Shown: positions 56,838 to 64,000 of the stretch, one piece after another | How positions within the stretch are numbered: position 1 is the stretch's first letter | Layout: every line of letters starts with the position of its first letter | DNA from: an uncultured Bacteroidota bacterium | Lineage (GTDB): Bacteria > Bacteroidota > Bacteroidia > Bacteroidales > VadinHA17 | DNA length: 64,000 nucleotides | Assembly: GCA_903824785.1 (NCBI GenBank) | Contig: CAIJYD010000135.1 | Span: forward strand, 1,928 to 65,927 | Direction of reading: 5' to 3' | Program-made: the position numbers and the translations under genes | The notes under the pieces: model-generated | What the model was told of the DNA's origin: nothing | The model's database searches: none | The model's input: the letters and a program-made list of their open reading frames with translations, nothing else

Positions 56838-57206
56838 ATCTTTTTTCGATATGTATCACCGGGATGATGAAAAAAAACAGATTTTATCTTTGGTACTATT
56901 TATTAAGAAATTCTGTCCATTTCTTAATTATCTCAGACTGCTCTATTGTTGGAATTTTTTCCGAACTATCTTCGCGGAATGACTTTGGAGGCATGGAGCC
57001 ACCAATAATTTCGGAATATATTTTTGAAGATTTTCCTTTTGTTTATGGTGTGAATATTGAGTCCATTTTTAAAAATTCACCCTTCAGACATCGGCCAATA
57101 TAGCCCGCAAGAACAGGGTCAGGAAAAGGAGAACTCAGTTACAAAAAGTTTATCTCACGATAAATGTAAGGATAAATATGCAGATGAAAATAAAAATATT
57201 CAATTG

Positions 57207-58013
57207 CTATAGAAATACAGCAATCTGGCCATGCTTTGGAATAGCTCTGTATATTATTTTAGCATCAGCACTTGGAATTTTAATCTTTATGTAAGGCTGA
57301 TATTCAGGTACCTTAAAAGCAGCGATCTCTTTCAAAGCAGCTTTAGTACTGATTAAACGATGACGCAGGTCGAACAGAAACAGATCCTTACTATCGCCAT
57401 GTTTAATTTCTTCGCTCTGGTACACTATTATTTTTATACCTCTATCTGTTTCAAAGATGTAATTTACAGGTTCATAAAAAGCTGTGTCGGGTATTGCATC
57501 GGGTTTAAATTCAGAGGTGTCTTTAGGTGCAATTTTCAGTATAATTGGTATTTTAGCTATTGAAGATGTGTCGCTTACAATCGTCAGAGGTGAAGATAAT
57601 AAGGAAGTAATAACAAATTCATCTCCATTGGTAATTATTTTACTGGCTTCAATTTCATTTATAGGTGCTGAATGAACGACAATACCACTTATTTCGATAT
57701 TAATCATCCTTTCTGACATATTTAAAGTAAGATAAACAGAATCGGTTTCAGCCATCAGAACCTTCGACTGCAAGTATGCCTGCTCTTTGAATAATGAGAG
57801 GAAAGTTGAATCAGAAGTAATATTTTTGGGAAGCTTGAGTTTTTCATAATTTGCAGAACCATATTTAGCTGATATTTCAGCCATCTTTTTGGAAGGACTC
57901 ATCATTTCCATTATACCATAATAGACAGCAAATGCTATAGCAGCCAGGATAACAATGGAAATTAAGATGATTACAAATAGATGAATTGGGTTTTTCCGAG
58001 TTTCTGCTTCCAT
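57207..58013 (-). CDS. Hypothetical single-pass membrane protein, last gene of the L,D-transpeptidase operon
   Basis: I used the ATG at 58013 (MEAETRKNPIHLFVIILISIVILAAIAF), 16 nt after the stop of the upstream gene. The longer track ORF would overlap that gene. No family is recognisable. Confidence 0.6.
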   Translation of the reverse strand: MEAETRKNPIHLFVIILISIVILAAIAFAVYYGIMEMMSPSKKMAEISAKYGSANYEKLKLPKNITSDSTFLSLFKEQAYLQSKVLMAETDSVYLTLNMSERMINIEISGIVVHSAPINEIEASKIITNGDEFVITSLLSSPLTIVSDTSSIAKIPIILKIAPKDTSEFKPDAIPDTAFYEPVNYIFETDRGIKIIVYQSEEIKHGDSKDLFLFDLRHRLISTKAALKEIAAFKVPEYQPYIKIKIPSADAKIIYRAIPKHGQIAVFL

Positions 58014-58029
58014 AATAAGTACCTCCGGG

Positions 58030-58839
58030 TCAGAATATATATACTTTAGAGCCAATATTGAGAGTATTAAATACAATCTCAAGGTCTTTATCACCAAGCC
58101 TTACGCAACCATGAGTAACAGGCATACCCATAAGACGTTTATAAATTGTTCCATGAATCATATAACCATCAACCAAATCGAGCGCATAATCTCCCAGAAC
58201 ACCCTCCTCCCATCGTGAAGGATGGTCTTTTGGGGGCACAGGAAGGCCCTGTTCAATAAAGTCCCAGTCAGATCGGTGCCAATATGGATGCTTTCTCTTC
58301 CCTGTTATTGAAAATTTTCCTTTGGGAGTTTTAAACAAATAAGTTTTTTTCTCTGTCTGAAGCATTTTATTGGCCCCCGAACTGCATAACCCTTCTCTTA
58401 CAAGCATCTTGTTTTTATAAAGGAAAAACTTATTGTCGGTAGTATTTATGACGATATATGATTGTCCGGAAGTATAAGTACTGTATTTTCTCGACAAGCG
58501 TTGAATCTCTTTCGACATCCGTACAATCTGTTTCTTGTAATCTGCATCCTTTTTAAATTCTGAGCTGGCTGAGATTTTGGACTTTCTGCCAGATGAGATT
58601 TCCTGAAGGTTTGGTGCCAGGTAAAGTACAAAAGCGAAGAGAAGAATAAATGTGAGCAGTAATGCAAATACCATCAGTAGATAGCGTAGCAAAAAAGAGA
58701 TGCCTTTTTCCTTCATTGGAGGAGTAGTCAAGGGACTTTTTGAAGAACTGATATCGGTGTTATCATTCAAAGTCCGGTCAACACCAGTATTTTCATCCTC
58801 TCGCAGCATGCCTTCATTTTTATCATTTTCATTTTCCAT
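58030..58839 (-). CDS. Membrane-anchored canonical YkuD-type L,D-transpeptidase
   Basis: Acidic N-terminal tail and a TM segment, then a YkuD domain with YMIHGT...GMPVTHGCVRLGDKD (His...(S/T)-x-G-C-(I/V)-R catalytic motif). Confidence 0.85.
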   Translation of the reverse strand: MENENDKNEGMLREDENTGVDRTLNDNTDISSSKSPLTTPPMKEKGISFLLRYLLMVFALLLTFILLFAFVLYLAPNLQEISSGRKSKISASSEFKKDADYKKQIVRMSKEIQRLSRKYSTYTSGQSYIVINTTDNKFFLYKNKMLVREGLCSSGANKMLQTEKKTYLFKTPKGKFSITGKRKHPYWHRSDWDFIEQGLPVPPKDHPSRWEEGVLGDYALDLVDGYMIHGTIYKRLMGMPVTHGCVRLGDKDLEIVFNTLNIGSKVYIF

Positions 58840-58848
58840 CTCAGATAA

Positions 58849-59961
58849 TTAACGGCTCATCACATTTTCCAGATCAACCATTGATCCTACAATTGTAACC
58901 GGAGTACCCACTTTTGCGATCCGGAAAACCACATCCATCTCCTTGTCAGTAAGGGCCACGCAACCTTCCGTCCAGTCAACCCCTTTTCCACCGTCACCAT
59001 GGATCTCAATAAGGCCGCCTATTTTTGCTGTACGCGGGAGAGAACCAAGAGCAATTTCTGATCTGAATTTCTCCTTATCCTCCTCGTTCGGATAGTCTAA
59101 TAAGAGAGCCTTATAGTATTTTGTACGATTCCGGTCGATTTTTTTTGTTATCTTATACATTCCTTCCGGAGTAGCCAGATCGCCTTTTACTCTCTTATCT
59201 CCAACCCAGTTTTTTCCCAGTTCAGCTTCGAATTCATATTTTTTTGAACCTGCCTGATAGATAAAAAATTTCCGTGAAAATTTATCAATAATTATTGAAT
59301 AATCGCTATTTTTTTTCGATTCATTTATTGTTTTATCGGCCCATTTCTTCCAGACGGTATATGACTTAAAATAGTTCTTAAGATTTGCTGATGCATTTTC
59401 GTATGAAGATGTAAGCAGGTATTCAGAATCGGTGGTTTTTCTGTTTGCCTGAATATACTGACCTTTTTCATATGCTATCTGAGCCTCTTCCAGGATCATT
59501 TTTCCCTTGGAGATCCGGTTTCTGATCTCGGCACTTAAAGGATAGGTCGTGAATAATGCATCAATTTCTGAAACAAGATTATTAAGTAATCCTATTTCCT
59601 GTTTCAGTTTTATTTTCAGATTTGATGTACTGCTTATTGAATTTTCAGTTGCTTGTCCGGCTTTTTTTGCCGAGAGTTCAGCAAACATGATAACCTTCTC
59701 ATAATCTCTGAGATAGATAAATTTTTTATTCTCCCTCTGCCAGTTAACCATTGCAGAATCGTAATTTACTTTTGCCTGGTTAAAAAGCTTTTTAGAATAG
59801 GTATCTGCTTTACTTGTTACTGCCTTTGAAAGAGTTTGACGGGCATGTTCCATCTCACCAACAGGAGGCTTTGGTGTAAGACGAATTAATAGTAAGACAA
59901 TTAATGGAACAGTAACTGCCAGTACACTAAAAACAAGAACATTTTTCCAAAATTTTTTCAT
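58849..59961 (-). CDS. Membrane-anchored YafK/DpaA-like L,D-transpeptidase-fold protein with an N-terminal helical (DUF4398-like) region
   Basis: KGDLATPEGMYKI...DYPNEED...IEIHGDGGKGVDWTEGCVALTDKEM. From memory, E. coli YafK reads GDFKSPEGFY...FPNAYD...MIHG...SIGCYAMT. The Arg after the catalytic Cys is replaced by Ala in both. The start is the ATG at 59961 or 59979. Confidence 0.75.
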   Translation of the reverse strand: MKKFWKNVLVFSVLAVTVPLIVLLLIRLTPKPPVGEMEHARQTLSKAVTSKADTYSKKLFNQAKVNYDSAMVNWQRENKKFIYLRDYEKVIMFAELSAKKAGQATENSISSTSNLKIKLKQEIGLLNNLVSEIDALFTTYPLSAEIRNRISKGKMILEEAQIAYEKGQYIQANRKTTDSEYLLTSSYENASANLKNYFKSYTVWKKWADKTINESKKNSDYSIIIDKFSRKFFIYQAGSKKYEFEAELGKNWVGDKRVKGDLATPEGMYKITKKIDRNRTKYYKALLLDYPNEEDKEKFRSEIALGSLPRTAKIGGLIEIHGDGGKGVDWTEGCVALTDKEMDVVFRIAKVGTPVTIVGSMVDLENVMSR

Positions 59962-59980
59962 TGTATTCTGTCGCAACATT

Positions 59981-60007
59981 AAAAAAAACCCCGGGAACTT
60001 CCCGGGG
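59981..60007 (-). terminator. Strong hairpin plus T8 between the lipoprotein gene and the YafK-like gene
   Basis: CCCCGGGAA-c-TTCCCGGGG (59989-60007) is followed on the minus strand by eight T (59981-59988). It lies 31 nt after the lipoprotein stop. Confidence 0.7.
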
Positions 60008-60037
60008 ATTTTATAATATTAAGAAAATAATTAAGAA

Positions 60038-60634
60038 TTATTTCCTGCCTTTTACTTTTGCGATTGCTTCTTTAAGTTCGGTATTAATACCAACTGCTCT
60101 TTCTTTTGCAGCTTTAACTTTATTGTCAGCATCCATGTAGGTACCTTTATCATACAAACCCTGAGCTTCAACAACAGAAGCTTCGATTGTAACCATTTCG
60201 GTTTTAATCTGCTCAAGAACAGCTGCTCCTTCTTTTCCTCTTGGAGCTTTTTTCATAAGAGTTGTGTTCTCTTCAATAACAGCTTTGATCTCTGTAAGTA
60301 AAGTCTCAACTTCTTTCTTAACTTCTTCTTTTTTAACAGCAGCATTGGCAGCAACCTGATTAGCAAGAGCTAATGTAGCATCAAGCTTAAGTTTAGCAGG
60401 GCCAAATTTCTTAAATAATTTTGATTCCTGAGCAGCAACGTCAGCCATAATAGCAGTCATTGAATCCTGTACAGCTGCAAATTCAGCAGGTACATAAACT
60501 GCAGCTTCAGCAGTTTTGGCAGCTTCGATAGCTGCATTAGTTGCATCAATTTCAACCTGTGGTTTTTTGCCACAACTAGAAAGGACAGCGACCATTACTA
60601 TAGCAGCTAATCCCATTAAAACTTTGTTCTTCAT
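60038..60634 (-). CDS. Ala/Lys/Glu-rich helical lipoprotein (DUF4398-like) ending in ...KVKGRK
   Basis: I used the ATG at 60634. MKNKVLMGLAAIVMVAVLSSC gives a lipobox. The mature protein is 178 aa with no further Cys. Motifs AAVYVPAEFAAVQ and EAQGLYDKGTYMDA. The C-terminal residue is Lys. Confidence 0.75.
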   Translation of the reverse strand: MKNKVLMGLAAIVMVAVLSSCGKKPQVEIDATNAAIEAAKTAEAAVYVPAEFAAVQDSMTAIMADVAAQESKLFKKFGPAKLKLDATLALANQVAANAAVKKEEVKKEVETLLTEIKAVIEENTTLMKKAPRGKEGAAVLEQIKTEMVTIEASVVEAQGLYDKGTYMDADNKVKAAKERAVGINTELKEAIAKVKGRK

Positions 60635-60715
60635 TTTTCTAATCTTTTTAATACTTTGTTTATTTAACAACTTCTGAAAAATTTAAAATTCTTTTTCGAT
60701 TTTCAAATTACGGTG

Positions 60716-60723
60716 CAAATATA
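60716..60723 (-). promoter_or_regulatory. Candidate -7 box (TATATTTG on the minus strand) for the lipoprotein operon
   Basis: The plus strand reads CAAATATA, 82 nt upstream of the ATG at 60634. Confidence 0.4.
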
Positions 60724-60939
60724 TTAAAATTATGAAACTTAGCAACATAAAATTAAAAAAATCTTAATTTTCTTTAAAAATATGTTATAAAACAGAGGCC
60801 GGATTTTTCTCTGATCAGTATGAATAACATAAATTAATGGAAATTTTCAAGTACATTGCATTCACAAAATGATCATTTGAGTAAATGTCTTATAGTCTGA
60901 AAAAGAAATACTTAAAAATTAAATCAAAGTCATTGCATA

Positions 60940-61566
60940 ATGAGATCGCTATTATTGTTTATCCTGAGATTGATTCTTCTAATAATATTAATGATTTTTA
61001 ATGGCTGTGACATAGTAACCGTTGAAATAGTATCTCCTCCTCTTCCGGTACATCAGAAAGATGAAAAACCTGATACACCTGTACCCCTTGGTTGCATCAG
61101 GGGCTATTTCGGAGACTATTACAAAACGTTTACAGATAATATTGAAAACGTTCAGCCTGTTGATAGTTTTTCGAATATTTACTTTTATGGCAGCTGCAAT
61201 AATGCTCTGAAACAGATTAATCTTAGAAGGCGCAATTCGGATTTTGTTCTTGCCATCTATATCATGGGTTATTCTTTGGATACATTGCCAGCATCACTTC
61301 CTGTGACTTCGGAGTATGGAAAGTTTTCTGAGATACAGTATTATAAATCCCAGGATTGGAATAGTACTTCTCCCGGGCACTATTCTCTGGACAACTTCTA
61401 TGGGAACAGTGTTTTTATTACTGACATATCAGATGATATAGTTACCGGCACTTTCGGAGGTATTTTAAAATCACCTGCCGGAGAGAGCGTACGTGTAACT
61501 GAAGGAGAGTTTAAATTAAAGCTCTTCAGAAAATATTTGCCCTGCGCCCAGGGTAATGGAAAATAA
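60940..61566 (+). CDS. Hypothetical lipoprotein
   Basis: Signal peptide with MIFNGC lipobox and a Pro-rich linker. No recognisable family. It ends with a ...IVTGTFGGILKSPAGESVRVTEGEFKLKL beta-rich module. Confidence 0.6.
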   Translation: MRSLLLFILRLILLIILMIFNGCDIVTVEIVSPPLPVHQKDEKPDTPVPLGCIRGYFGDYYKTFTDNIENVQPVDSFSNIYFYGSCNNALKQINLRRRNSDFVLAIYIMGYSLDTLPASLPVTSEYGKFSEIQYYKSQDWNSTSPGHYSLDNFYGNSVFITDISDDIVTGTFGGILKSPAGESVRVTEGEFKLKLFRKYLPCAQGNGK

Positions 61567-61796
61567 TTAATTCAGCCTGAACAAACCCTGACGGGTTATA
61601 TGTATTTTAATAAGTAACCCAGACGGTGGATCGATTCATTAAAACTTGGCAGAAAGGGATTACCTGCAATTCAAGATGATGCCTTTTAAAAACAAATATT
61701 TAAGAAACTGAGAAATCAGCATTTTTTTATTAGGCAAAAAGAAGTTTAAGATAAAAATGATGTGTAGTATTTCAGGTGTGTTAAGAAGTGGTAGTT

Positions 61797-62558
61797 TTAT
61801 GAAACCAATTGAATATCAATTTTTTCTTTATAAGCTTTAGCTATTTCTTCGTCTAAATTTGAATCGGTAATTATACAATGAATCTTTTCGAAAGGGTCTA
61901 CTCTTATAAAGGCCTCCTTTTCTATTTTATCGGATGTGCATACTAAAAATATTTTATCGCAATTTAGAATCATATTACGAGTTATATCAGCTTCTTTACT
62001 TTCAAAGGAACTAATACCTTTTTTTAATGACACGCCATCGGCTCCTATAAATGCTTTGTTCGCATGGTATTCGTTAACATTTTTTTCAGCAATTGAACCG
62101 GAAGTTAATTTTCTACCAAAATCAACTTCACCTCCTATCAATATGAGTTTAATTCCTTGACTATTCGACAACTGATAAATAAGGGGCAAAGAGTGAGTAA
62201 TTACAATTATATTGTTCTTATTTCTAAGATATTTATATAGATAGTACAAAGTCGTACCCCCGTCAATAAAAACAACATCATTCTCATTAATATAGCTTGC
62301 TGCAACTTTTGAAAGTTTTTCTTTTACAACTTTATCTTTACCCAATCGGGAGTCAAAATTCATAAAACCATATTGCTGCTTAACAACCATTGCTCCACCA
62401 TGAGTTCGAACTAACAAGCCCTGCTCCTCAATACTTTTCAAGTCTCTTCTGGCAGTATTCTCCGATATTTTAAAATTAGCAACAAGATCTTTAACTTCGA
62501 TTGAACCTTGAAGATTGAGTAATTCCAATATTTTTGATTCCCTGGTTTTCTTAATCAT
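61797..62558 (-). CDS. DeoR/GlpR-family transcriptional regulator
   Basis: N-terminal HTH (VKDLVANFKISENTARRDLKSIEEQGLLVRTHGGA) and a C-terminal sugar-phosphate-binding DeoR_C-like region. Confidence 0.85.
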   Translation of the reverse strand: MIKKTRESKILELLNLQGSIEVKDLVANFKISENTARRDLKSIEEQGLLVRTHGGAMVVKQQYGFMNFDSRLGKDKVVKEKLSKVAASYINENDVVFIDGGTTLYYLYKYLRNKNNIIVITHSLPLIYQLSNSQGIKLILIGGEVDFGRKLTSGSIAEKNVNEYHANKAFIGADGVSLKKGISSFESKEADITRNMILNCDKIFLVCTSDKIEKEAFIRVDPFEKIHCIITDSNLDEEIAKAYKEKIDIQLVS

Positions 62559-62618
62559 TTTATTAATGTTATTGAAAATAAAAATGGAGCCTCAGAAAAA
62601 AATAAGTATCTAAGTTTG

Positions 62619-62626
62619 CAAATATA
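62619..62626 (-). promoter_or_regulatory. Candidate -7 box (TATATTTG on the minus strand) for the DeoR regulator
   Basis: The plus strand reads CAAATATA, 61 nt upstream of the ATG at 62558. Confidence 0.4.
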
Positions 62627-62685
62627 AACGAAGAATTGAAAATCAAATTATTTAAAAATTAACCGCTGATAAAAAAACTTTAGTT

Positions 62686-63972
62686 TTAAAATTTTACCTC
62701 GAGTGCCCCATGTGAACGAATAAAAATCTCATGACAGGCCCCAGCACCAAATAAACTTTTCATTTTGCTTTTATATTCAACGGCCAAATGATTTGGAACA
62801 AAAGATTGTATTGTACCTGCAAATCCTCCTCCATGAACTCTCCAGGCTCCTTTGTCTTTCAATATTTCTTTGGTCAAAGTGAGAGCAATGCTAATTCCTT
62901 GTTTTTCAATACATTTTGATGAATAGCAGTTTTGACAAAGCATCCACGAACTGAGTCCAGATTCGTTAATTAATGAAAAAAACTTAGTTAAGTCATTTTT
63001 TTTCAATGCATTAACCTGTTCCGTTACGCGGTTGTCATCATCAAAGAAATGAAATGCCCGTAATATCGCTCTGTCGTTTATTTTTTCTCTTAAGAGTGAT
63101 ATGTTTTCAATTACTTTCTGTTTTGAAATTTCTCTTAGAACATTTCCTCCCAGAGACTTTGCAACAGTTTTCATTTCTTCTTCAAGAGCTGTATAGTCGT
63201 CGTTCATATCGGCATGGTTGCTCCCTGTATCTACTATAATAATTGAATATCCTTGTTCGGAAAAATTATAATCCATTTTTTCAATTATCGGATTGTTAAA
63301 ATCTTTAAAATCTATAAAGACTAATCCCCCAAGGGAGCATGCAGTTTGATCCATTAAGCCACAAGGCTTTCCAAAAAAATCGTTTTCTGCATATTGGGCT
63401 ATTTTTGCAATTGTTATACCATCAATCCAGTTTTGGTTATAAAGGCTATTAAGGATGGTTGCAATGAGCACTTCGAAAGCTGCTGATGAACTTAAGCCAC
63501 TCCCATTTGGAACTTTCCCATCAATTAATGCTTTAAAACCTCCAGTTTTAAATCCAAGTTGCTTGAGGCGAGAAGAAACTCCCCTTACTAATGCTGCAGA
63601 TGTAAATTTTTCTTCAGGTATAGGATTTGTTTCATTTGTATTTATTATGATATTTGCAAATCCGTCAGAATGGATGGTTATAATATCGTCATCAGATGGA
63701 GAAACAACAGCTAAAATATCCAAATCTATTGCAGCGGCCAATACCCTGCCGGCATTGTGGTCGGTATGATTACCTCCAACTTCAGTTCGGCCTGGCACAC
63801 TATAAATTTTAAAATCGGTATCAAATGGAAATGTAGCCACAAACCTGTCTAAGAGATTAGTATATCTTGTTCCCTGGTTCTCAATTCTTAAATTATTGTT
63901 TCCGTATAGCTCAGAAAATAGCAGCTTAACATTATTATTCACCAGCATTTCTTTACTTTCAGTAATAGTCAT
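62686..63972 (-). CDS. Galactokinase-family GHMP sugar kinase (substrate uncertain)
   Basis: The galactokinase-like signature GRTEVGGNHTDHNAG is a variant of GR.N.IGEHTDYN. GHMP motif PNGSGLSSSAA. GLMDQ motif present. Confidence 0.75.
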   Translation of the reverse strand: MTITESKEMLVNNNVKLLFSELYGNNNLRIENQGTRYTNLLDRFVATFPFDTDFKIYSVPGRTEVGGNHTDHNAGRVLAAAIDLDILAVVSPSDDDIITIHSDGFANIIINTNETNPIPEEKFTSAALVRGVSSRLKQLGFKTGGFKALIDGKVPNGSGLSSSAAFEVLIATILNSLYNQNWIDGITIAKIAQYAENDFFGKPCGLMDQTACSLGGLVFIDFKDFNNPIIEKMDYNFSEQGYSIIIVDTGSNHADMNDDYTALEEEMKTVAKSLGGNVLREISKQKVIENISLLREKINDRAILRAFHFFDDDNRVTEQVNALKKNDLTKFFSLINESGLSSWMLCQNCYSSKCIEKQGISIALTLTKEILKDKGAWRVHGGGFAGTIQSFVPNHLAVEYKSKMKSLFGAGACHEIFIRSHGALEVKF

Positions 63973-64000
63973 AATAAATATTTTAATAATTATCTAATAT

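Noticed and set aside
56864-57103. 79 aa plus-strand ORF in the 409-bp gap
   Set aside because: It has implausible composition, no signal or family motif and no -7 box upstream. I kept it only as part of the note on the uncharacterised gap.
61584-61630. Two similar motifs, AACCCTGACGGGTT and AACCCAGACGGTGG, downstream of the 60940 lipoprotein gene (a similar CCTGACGGTT also occurs near 38703)
   Set aside because: The first forms only a 5-bp hairpin with a weak T-tract. The similarity is short (about 10 nt) and could be chance. I cannot assess significance without a genome-wide count.

Overview
This is a 64 kb chromosomal segment that looks Bacteroidota-like. It carries type IX secretion/gliding genes (gldJ, porP/sprF-like, porU, porV), and TAnnTTTG -7 promoter boxes sit in front of many genes. 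Spot counts on single 60-nt lines give roughly 40-47% GC over most of the window, dropping to about 30-38% over the last ~2.4 kb. I could not compute composition properly.

I support about 55 protein genes, one tRNA-Ser(CGA), several intrinsic terminators and some short intergenic repeats. I saw no rRNA, CRISPR array, transposase, integrase or prophage genes.

Housekeeping and metabolic genes:
- folC, mtaB, murF, ispF, hutU, alaS, recR and rlmN.
- An E2 acyltransferase, a nucleoside transporter and a sodium:solute symporter.

Cell-envelope genes are unusually dense:
- the T9SS genes listed above;
- two tandem M23 peptidases;
- two family-2 glycosyltransferases;
- an LpxL-like acyltransferase.

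Other genes:
- a REC-PAS-PAS-HisKA_3 kinase with a NarL-type regulator;
- an orphan REC protein;
- a DUF4258/YgiT toxin-antitoxin pair;
- PIN-PhoH2.

Two loci deserve a second look.
1. 57207-60723 is an operon that starts with a small all-helical lipoprotein ending in ...GRK. It is followed by a YafK/DpaA-like gene and a canonical YkuD L,D-transpeptidase. This could be a Braun-lipoprotein-like tether between outer membrane and peptidoglycan.
2. 43570-52538 is an array of four paralogous signal-peptide + TPR + TolB-like PD40 proteins. Their C-termini differ: inner-membrane anchor, none, SPOR, and OmpA plus two SPOR domains. Together these are the domain types of CpoB, TolB and Pal.

All family assignments come from reading motifs by eye. 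No database search or computation was run.
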